The notes below the pieces were generated by a model. That model worked only from the letters and a program-made list of their open reading frames with translations. It had not been told where the DNA came from and did no database searches. From Octopus sinensis (taxonomy: Eukaryota), in NCBI RefSeq assembly GCF_006345805.1, contig NC_042997.1, positions 164,920,001 through 164,984,000 of the forward strand: DNA of 64,000 bases, given 5' to 3'. Both the position numbers and the translations under genes were made by a program. Positions 55,764 to 64,000 of this stretch are shown here, piece by piece (position 1 is the first letter of the stretch; each line of letters starts with the position of its first letter).

Positions 55764-56454
55764 ACCCTCTCCGTGAAATTAGCCTACCCCCATCTATGTT
55801 AAACTGTTCATAATTCTCTCGTTCATAGTGTATCGCCAGTTGCTGCTAGGAAAACCACTTTAAAAGATTTTGGCTTTATTTTCTTCACCAAATCATTACC
55901 ATTATCAACACCACCACCACCGTTACCACTTCCACTAACATCATCATTATTAACATCATCATCATCATAATCATCATGATTGTGACAGATTATGCAATTT
56001 TGTTGTCTGAGTAGTGTCGATTTTCGGTTTTCAACACTTTAAGTAGGCTTACAATGAACTATAGTAATGTAAACATATTTATTCCTTGCTTTTAATGTGT
56101 GATTGCTCAATATCTTTGTAAAATATTTAAGATTTAAACTCATTATTGTACTTCTGTTTCATATTGATCGCTGTATAAAATATACGTTGCTTAGTTAATG
56201 AAGAAGTGTTGAAAGCACGAATATGCGAATTAGTCTCTCTACAACGGTATTAGCTTAATTTCTGACTGCTTGATATAATACATGACAAAACAATGCTATT
56301 GTTTAGGAGAGGGGACTGTGTCAGTTATCTCTGAGGAGCGGTCAACAAATCGTGAAACGGTCCGTCATGCGACAACCTCTCTTTTCCAACACATCGTAAG
56401 CATAGAATGAACGTGTTTACTTTCTTGTAACTTATTATCACAAGCAATGATTGC

Positions 56455-56495
<41 letters not shown>

Positions 56496-57503
56496 AACAC
56501 GTGTTTACTAATATATTCACGGTTGTGTTGCAAACCCAATCTATTTTCTTTCGATATAAGGACAAAGCGATGGTCTAATTAAGCTGCCCCGTTCTGCTGT
56601 ACTGATGCTGTTGAAGATTGCCCGTCTTATGAACGTCCGATCATTCATAAATCTTTTACTCAGATATGAAACAGGTAAAAACAATGCAATAATTCATATA
56701 TTTTTGGTTGTATCTTGAAGCACCCACATTATTTCCCTTTCTTAGTTACAGTTGCTTTATATTTATATTCGTGTCGAACTGGTGTCTATAGCAAGAATTT
56801 ATAGGAAATGTCTTATTGAACACTGACTGAAGACGTAAGACTTCACAGTAGCACCTCGATGCCCGTAAGTTATAACAAACGGTGAGTATATATTCTTTAT
56901 ATGGATATATTCAAAATTTTTCCTTTTATTTGCTTTGTATTGACATCGGTCAGCGTTCCAACTAATTTCTAATTTACCTTTCAGAATACAGGCATACCTC
57001 AACTAAAGTCGTTTCCAGTTACATCGTTTTCGACTTTACAATAATGGAGAAAATAAACCTCAATTTCAGTTGATTTATTCAAATTTACGTCGGTCTCGTC
57101 GAACATTTTAAAGCATAGCAATTACAAAGAAAAACACCTGAAACCATTACTGAAGTGGAAGAATCAAACAAAATATGTGTACGAATAATTTTTTCGTGCT
57201 ACGTGGTTTTTAGAGTTAAGTCGCATGTCTTGAAACCAATTGCCGACGTAGGTTGAAGTACGCCTGTACTCAGTAAATAAATGTTTCGATTAGACTAATT
57301 AAGATGCAATTTTCAAGGTTTTGTGTGTGTGTGTGAAGTTACAAAGCGTAAGACAACACAAAAACACACGTAGACACGTAGATGGACATAACATGTATGT
57401 GCATGCACTAGCATAGCACAAATATCACAGAGGCACACACGCTCGCTCACTCACTCACACACACACACACATTTGTTCATACATACATACATACATACAT
57501 ACA

Positions 57504-57536
<33 letters not shown>

Positions 57537-57541
57537 GTGTG

Positions 57542-57607
<66 letters not shown>

Positions 57608-57611
<4 letters not shown>

Positions 57612-57838
57612 CGGCGAGCTGGCAGAAACGTTAGCACGCCGGGCGAAATGCGTTGCTGTATTTCGTCTGCCGTTACGTTCCGAGTTCAAATTCCGCCGAG
57701 GTCGACTTTGCCTTTCATCCTTCCGGGGTCGATAAATTAAGTACCAGTTACGCACTGGGGTCGATGTAATCGACTTAATCCGTTTGTCTGTCCTTATTTG
57801 TCTCCTTTGTGTTTAGCCCCTTGTGGGTAGTAAAGAAA
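57608..57838 (+). mobile_element. Well-preserved SINE family A copy
   Basis: aaggcggcgagctggcagaaacgttagcacgccgggcg...gagttcaaattccgccgagg (B box). Confidence 0.92.
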
Positions 57839-57860
57839 TATATATATATATATATATATA

Positions 57861-58135
57861 GCCACGAAACACGCGTCGTTATTCTACCAATTATATACGT
57901 TTTTATTATTTTTTTGCAATTTACTTAATCAATGGTATTTTATTGTTATTTTAATTTTAATATTTCTATCATATGTAATTTTCTAGATAGTGTAATTTAA
58001 TTATTCATTTTGAATTGATAAAAGGTGGCTTTTTCTATATTTTTATATATATATATTATATTGTGTGAAATTTGATTTAGTATTTCTAAATTGAATTTTT
58101 GCCCTGTAAGTTAAGATTAATTTTCCCTCAAATAA
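57861..58135 (+). mobile_element. 5'-truncated PLE-like terminal fragment (3' half of an HHR plus conserved tail)
   Basis: Starts GCCAC-GAAAC-ACGC-GTC. The end (58068-58135) resembles the reverse complement of 61163-61225. (TA)n on both sides. Confidence 0.5.
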
Positions 58136-58140
58136 GTATA

Positions 58141-58200
<60 letters not shown>

Positions 58201-58204
<4 letters not shown>

Positions 58205-58776
58205 TCTTATTATTCTCTTATTATTCTCTTATGAGGTTTTCACGCTATCTACCTGACAATTTCTTGTTAAGTTTTCCTTATTAAGTAGTTGTCCTTAATT
58301 GCTAAATTTTTATTCCGAAAAAACTTTTCCTTTCCCGAAATGCAATTCATAAAAGTTTGCCATTTACAGGATGTAATATATGTAAACTCACCCATGTGCT
58401 TCGTTGATGTTGATCAGTTAGCTGATCGGCTTAAGCGGGGCAGGGTCGTTTATTTATGATACATTCAGGCCTGCTGATGAATACGTAAGTATGAAATCAC
58501 TGTGATACAGGTCTATATTTTTTAAATGTCTTACTTTGAAAAATTGCATTCGGTGGGATTAGTAATATTTTTGGTAGAAATGACTAATGTCCCTCTTAGC
58601 GTGTGGCATGTATGTATAACGCTCTCTGGCATGTATGTATAATGCCTCTATATATAAATTAATATGTTCAATAAGAAATAATTATTTTCGAATTTATTCT
58701 CTTATGAGGTTTTCACGCTATCTACCTGACAATTTCTTGTTAAGTTTTCCTTATTAAGTAGTTGTCCTTAATTGCT

Positions 58777-58777
<1 letters not shown>
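58201..58777 (+). mobile_element. Non-coding HHR element with an exact 84-bp terminal direct repeat (retrozyme/PLE pLTR-like)
   Basis: 58221-58304 is identical to 58694-58777 (period 473 bp); central HHR; (TA)n on both flanks. Confidence 0.75.
58467..58514 (+). ncRNA. Type I hammerhead ribozyme motif, core intact
   Basis: Stem I AGGCCTG/CAGGTCT; core CTGATGA (58474-58480); stem II ATAC-GTAA-GTAT; GAAA; stem III ATCAC-T-GTGAT; predicted cleavage after AUA at 58507. Confidence 0.82.
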
Positions 58778-58850
<73 letters not shown>

Positions 58851-59305
58851 GGTTGTGTGGTGAGAAGTCTACTTCCCAATCGCATACTTCCGGGTTCAGT
58901 TCTGCAGCCTGACACCTTAGACAAATGTCTTCTACTATAACTTCGGGCTAACCAAAGCTCTGTGACTGGATTTAGCAGACGGAAACTGAAAGAATCCCGT
59001 CGCATATATATATATATATATATAAATGTATGCATGTGTGTATGTGTATGTATGTGTACGTGTGTGTATGAGTGTGCCTGTGCGTGTGTACGTGTGTTTC
59101 TTTGTGTCTTTGTTTGCTCCCCTACACCACTACCGCTTGACAACCGGTGTTGGTCTGTTTACGTCACCGTAATCTAGCAGTTCGGTAAAAATAGAGACCA
59201 ATAATTACCGAGCCTAAATGAAAAAAAAGTACTGAGGTCGATTCATTCGACTAAAGAATTCCTCAAGGCGGTGCCCCAGCATGACCGCAGTCTAATGACT
59301 GGAAT
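58851..59305 (+). mobile_element. SINE family C copy
   Basis: Aligns with 41320-41700 including the internal (TA)n(TG)n. Confidence 0.85.
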
Positions 59306-60169
59306 CATGTATGTGTGTGTATGCTTGTATGTAAGTATGTATACATGTATGTAAACACACACACACACACTTATATACATACATATATACATACACACAC
59401 ATGCACATATGCTAGGGAGTTAGTGACCGTACTGGAGTGGGGGTGTTTGAATGTGGACAATTACGCATATGAGCCTAATATATGTGCGTAGATGGGTCGT
59501 TTGAACGAAGCTGTGGTGATGACAAACGTCACAAAGTTATGGGGTTAGTATGTCTGCCTATTAGTCAGCAATTCATATTTTACTACTATATTAATTGCTG
59601 AATTATTACTATTGATCAGGAAAATCTACACCTCTCCTCTCCACTTTCACTCTCCACCACCTTCACTCTGCAGTTGATTCTCTGGTGTGAGCATGTGACA
59701 TTTGATTTTTGGTTGATACTGGTAGCGAGCAGAGGAGGTGGGAGTCAAAAATGAAAACAGTGTATCCGCCATCATTCACCATCATCCGCCATCTTTGCAT
59801 GCTTGTGTATTTAATCATTCTCGCTCTCTATCACTCCCTGCCTATCAACCTCGAGGTCGTGACATTTTGTGATAATGGAATATCTCTTTTGCCCTCCGAG
59901 GGCAGTCATCGACATGGATAAAGGCTGTCTTGGGAATAACTTAACTTCACTCACTTATTCCCTTCCTTGAAACTTTGCTGACTGAGCGAAGCGAAGCGAA
60001 CCACCTTCATCCTCCTCCAAGTAGTATTTAAAACGATGCGTGCATCTCATATCCACATTTACACATACTCCTATACACCACACACACGCGCACACACACA
60101 CATAGATATGGGTATAAATATATATGCATATATGCAAATACACATACACATGACCGGCTTCCAAACTCA

Positions 60170-60264
60170 TATTCATATATGCATATATATGTATATGGAT
60201 ATATTCATATATGTATGCATTTATTGTTTATGTATTTATGCATTATGGGTATGTCTATGTATGT

Positions 60265-60299
<35 letters not shown>

Positions 60300-60332
60300 A
60301 TATATGTGTATATATATATATATGTATATATG

Positions 60333-60363
<31 letters not shown>

Positions 60364-60394
60364 GTATATATATGAATATATATATATGTATATA

Positions 60395-60436
<42 letters not shown>

Positions 60437-60720
60437 CATATATACATACATACATATATGTACATACATGTATGTATGTATGTATGTATGTATGTATGTA
60501 TGTATGTATGTATGTATGTATGTGTATATGTATATGCAGGTGTGTCTATGCGTGTCTGCGTGTGCATGTGTATGTGTGTATGTGTTTTTATGTGCATGTG
60601 TATGCGTGCGCATGTGTGTTTGCGCGTGTATTTGTGTGTGCGTTCGTGTATATGTGTGTGTTTGTGTTTGTGTGTGTTTGTGTTTGTGTGTGTTTGTGTT
60701 TGTGTGTGTGTGTGTGCGAA
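60170..60720. repeat. Compound (TA)n/(TATG)n/(TG)n microsatellite field
   Basis: Seen directly. Confidence 0.95.
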
Positions 60721-61042
60721 GTCATGGTGAAGTGGTTACGTTTTTTCTTTTGAATTATAAGGTCCCGGTTCAATCTCAGAATATGGCATTTTGGAGCAAG
60801 CATATTCTGGCATACCCTTTGAATGAACCATGCCTTACAAATTAAATATATTAGATGGAATATCTGATAAGCCTGTGTAAGGATTGTATTTTTAACGCAA
60901 AAATCCAACTACACAATGTTTCACGCCGATTCTGCCTGTAGCTTACGTTAAAAGTACAAGTATCCTCGCAATGCGCATCGTTGAAAACTCTGGAGGGCCA
61001 TAAAATTTACTTGCATGCACGTGTGTGCATGTGTATGTGTAT

Positions 61043-61152
<110 letters not shown>

Positions 61153-61331
61153 ATAATAAATATTAGGGAATAAATCCAATTTACAGGGAAAAAATCAGAT
61201 TTAGGATTAAATCCAATTTTATAGTAAAATATTATATAATATTAATTCGAGACAAAACCACTATTTTGCAAATCAAACAAGGAAAGACTTAATCAATACA
61301 TAAAAATTTTTAATATAAAGTAAATAAACCG

Positions 61332-61375
61332 CCACTACAATTGTTTCATGTCTTCAAATGACATTCGTCAGGTGG
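61332..61375 (-). ncRNA. Minimal type I hammerhead motif (left arm, minus strand)
   Basis: Exact reverse complement of 61438-61481. Confidence 0.78.
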
Positions 61376-61437
61376 ATTTCCGATCTTCTAATCAGTTTTA
61401 ATTTACATAAATTAAAACTGATTAGAAGATCGGAAAT

Positions 61438-61481
61438 CCACCTGACGAATGTCATTTGAAGACATGAAACAATTGTAGTGG
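61438..61481 (+). ncRNA. Minimal type I hammerhead motif (right arm)
   Basis: Stem I CCAC/GTGG; core CTGACGA (61442-61448); stem II ATGTC-ATTTGAA-GACAT; GAAA; palindromic stem III ACAATTGT; predicted cleavage after GUA at 61477. Confidence 0.78.
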
Positions 61482-62385
61482 CGGTTTATTTACTTTATAT
61501 TAAAATTTTTTATGTATTGATTAAGGCTTTCCTTGTTTGATTTGCAAAATAGTGGTTTTGTCTCGAATAAATATTATATATATGTATATATATATATATT
61601 TTTATATATGTGTGTGTGTATCAGTGGTGACTAGTAAAGTGAACGTGTATTTTCAAGCTGATTTAATTTCTACTAACGCTCGGGCTCCTTTTATTGAATC
61701 TAGACGCAGTTTATTTTCGTTCAGCATCTCGCGGTCGTCTTAGAGGTGCCCTGTATCAAAAAATATCCTTCGTATCAGACGTTCTCTCGACATCGTTCAC
61801 ATGCGCCTGATTCGGGCTCAGAAGTTACAGCCCGAGTTGTTATCTATAATCGTAAAAATTAGAAGTAATCAAAATTCAATGTTTTCTTGAAGCAATAAAT
61901 TTCTATATAGATTATGATTTAAATTCCAGTTTATGAAAAATTACCGTTCTACAAAATTGTGAAAGGAACGAAAAATTATCCAGCAACTCCGGGCTAATAC
62001 GAATGAGCCTGGTAGGTGTAAAAGACTGAATTGCATCTCTTGTCAAGAGTACGTGCAACAGTCAGATCGCTGATGTTTGTTGTGGACTCAGTTGTTGTTA
62101 TTTGATTGCTGTTATTCTGTGTATCAGTGTGTAATGATCAGATGTGCTTTGCAGGGTTGCTTTATTTCTACCCTTAACTTAGAAACAGAGAAAGACATAG
62201 TGCTAGATATGAAAATTAAGCCATTTGGGACTACAAATATTGCGCAAAACGTGAAATTCTTCGAGCAGGTATGTGTCTTATGCGAAATCTGTGATGAGCC
62301 CGGGTGACGAATTTGCGATAAGCCCTAGTGATGCTGATGACCTGGAGTTGCCTCAGACATTTTGGAATATATATATATATATCTG

Positions 62386-62432
<47 letters not shown>

Positions 62433-62445
62433 ATATATATATATA

Positions 62446-62490
<45 letters not shown>

Positions 62491-62519
62491 ATATATATAT
62501 ATATGTATATATATATGTA

Positions 62520-62609
<90 letters not shown>

Positions 62610-62800
62610 CAAGATAAGAAAATGGAGAAATACATCAAAGTCAAATATCATTACCAGATAATACTCAATCACATACTTTATTAAACCACCACATAAGAGA
62701 CTGTAGGGTTAAATATAAAAAGCAGAACAAATCAGTGTACATAAAGGGATGTACATAAAAAAAGTGTACATAAAAGAGTAATGTTGTATAATAATTAGAA

Positions 62801-62837
<37 letters not shown>

Positions 62838-62840
<3 letters not shown>

Positions 62841-63040
62841 CAAAAGGTAACTACACGTGAACTGTTGGCGATTTTTTCTTCCTTCTTCCTTTTCTTTTGG
62901 ACCTTCTTATGTCTCCTGTTTCCAAAGAAAAGCTTTGCTCGAAACGTAAAACAATCACTCTTTCTTTCCTTCTCTGAGCGTACCACGTTACTCGATTCGT
63001 TGTTTTTTCTTGTCTTCTTCCTCCATTTTGTGATTTTGTG
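62838..63040 (+). mobile_element. HHR-bearing element family P (diverged copy 3)
   Basis: TGTTT-CCAAAGA-AAAGC-TTT-GCTC-GAAAC-GTA-AAACA (62917-62953); flanks resemble the reverse complement of 50140-50310; follows (TA)n. Confidence 0.6.
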
Positions 63041-63063
63041 TGTGCGTGTGTATACATATGTAT

Positions 63064-63390
63064 ACGCACTATATATTCTTTCTTCACTCGTTTATTATTA
63101 TTGTTCATATTCTCACTCATGTCCGTTGTCCAGAAATCTTTCGTCACACATCTGTGACCTCCTCAGCGACACTTTCTGTCTCGGTGTGCGCTCTTGCTCT
63201 GTTTGTTCCATTCAGTTCTCCTATAATATGTATCCTTATAGGAGAACAGAATGGACTAAGCCGAGTAAGCGCACACATGAAGACGGAAGGTGCTGATGAG
63301 GAGGTCACAGATATGTGACGAAAGATTTCCGAACAACGGACATAAGTTAGTATAAGAACAGTAATAAACCCGTGAAGAACGAATATTATA

Positions 63391-63396
<6 letters not shown>
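63064..63396. repeat. Imperfect palindrome (arms about 160 bp, 9-nt spacer) with degenerate HHRs in both arms
   Basis: Centre TTCTCCTATAA-TATGTATCC-TTATAGGAGAA. Arms carry CTGAGGA-G-GTCAC..GTGAC-GAAA (minus strand, about 63128-63172) and CTGATGAGGAG-GTCAC..GTGAC-GAAA (plus strand, 63293-63330). Confidence 0.85.
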
Positions 63397-63431
<35 letters not shown>

Positions 63432-63564
63432 CATGTATATGTATGTGTGTGTGTGCATGCATATTAATATATATGCATGTATATATGAATATACATACAT
63501 TCATAATACATACACATACATACATATACATATATGGATAAATATATATATACATACGCATATA

Positions 63565-63596
<32 letters not shown>

Positions 63597-63940
63597 CACA
63601 GAGAAAAAAATGGTGACAAGTAGGAACATAGATCTAGCTCCAGGGACATGTACGCAACTCACACGTATAGAAATAGCTATTTGCATAAGTTATGAATATG
63701 CAATGCAGTATACATGTTGAGATAAAATGTTCATGCTTATAACGATGTTTTCTTCTGACTACTGAGCGTAATATCATGCATGTGCATCATATCATGATAT
63801 CGTAGCGCTTGGCATTGAGCGCTTGCATCTCTACTACAAAATAGAATATACTGAGATGCATTCTGAAAATAATATACACGCATACACACACATATATTTC
63901 TATGTTTTGTGTGTATGTGTGCGTGCATGTATATATATGT

Positions 63941-64000
63941 GGAGGCACAATGGCCCAGTGGCTTAGGCAGCGGACTCGCGGTCGTGGGATCGCGGTTTCG
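63941..64000 (+). mobile_element. Head of a SINE family B copy (runs off the window)
   Basis: ggaggcacaatggcccagtggcttaggcagcggactcgcggtcgtgggatcgcggtttcg. Confidence 0.85.

Larger units (their letters stand above)
61233..61580. repeat. Near-perfect palindrome, 173-bp arms, 2-nt spacer
   Basis: Position i pairs with 122813-i; 3 mismatches by my count; centre ATTTA-CA-TAAAT at 61401-61412. Confidence 0.95.

Noticed and set aside
56331-56365. CTGAGGA...GAAACGGTC hammerhead-like string
   Set aside because: Stem II is weak, stem III has a 1-nt loop and the flanks give no stem I pairing. Likely chance.

Overview
AT-rich eukaryotic DNA saturated with microsatellites. The repeat families suggest an octopus/coleoid cephalopod, but this is inferred from repeat character, not demonstrated. 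No intact host protein-coding gene could be supported: nearly all listed ORFs are microsatellite translations or antisense frames of retroelements. The window is made of transposon relics: Helitron pieces, an LTR gag remnant, CR1-like, RTE, Tx1-like and R4/Dong-like LINE fragments, three abundant tRNA-derived SINE families, a mariner deletion derivative and a Merlin-like MITE carrying telomere-type repeats. The most interesting signal is not visible in the ORF track. It is a set of small non-coding elements, embedded in (TA)n tracts, that carry type I hammerhead ribozyme (HHR) motifs. These include an intact-looking HHR inside a 473-bp unit with an exact 84-bp terminal redundancy (58201-58777, retrozyme/circular-RNA-like), a 348-bp near-perfect palindrome carrying an identical HHR on each strand (61233-61580), a second older palindrome of the same architecture (63064-63396), and several degenerate HHR copies. 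These are probably Penelope-like-element (PLE) derived. All ribozyme calls are by-eye motif and base-pair matches and are untested.
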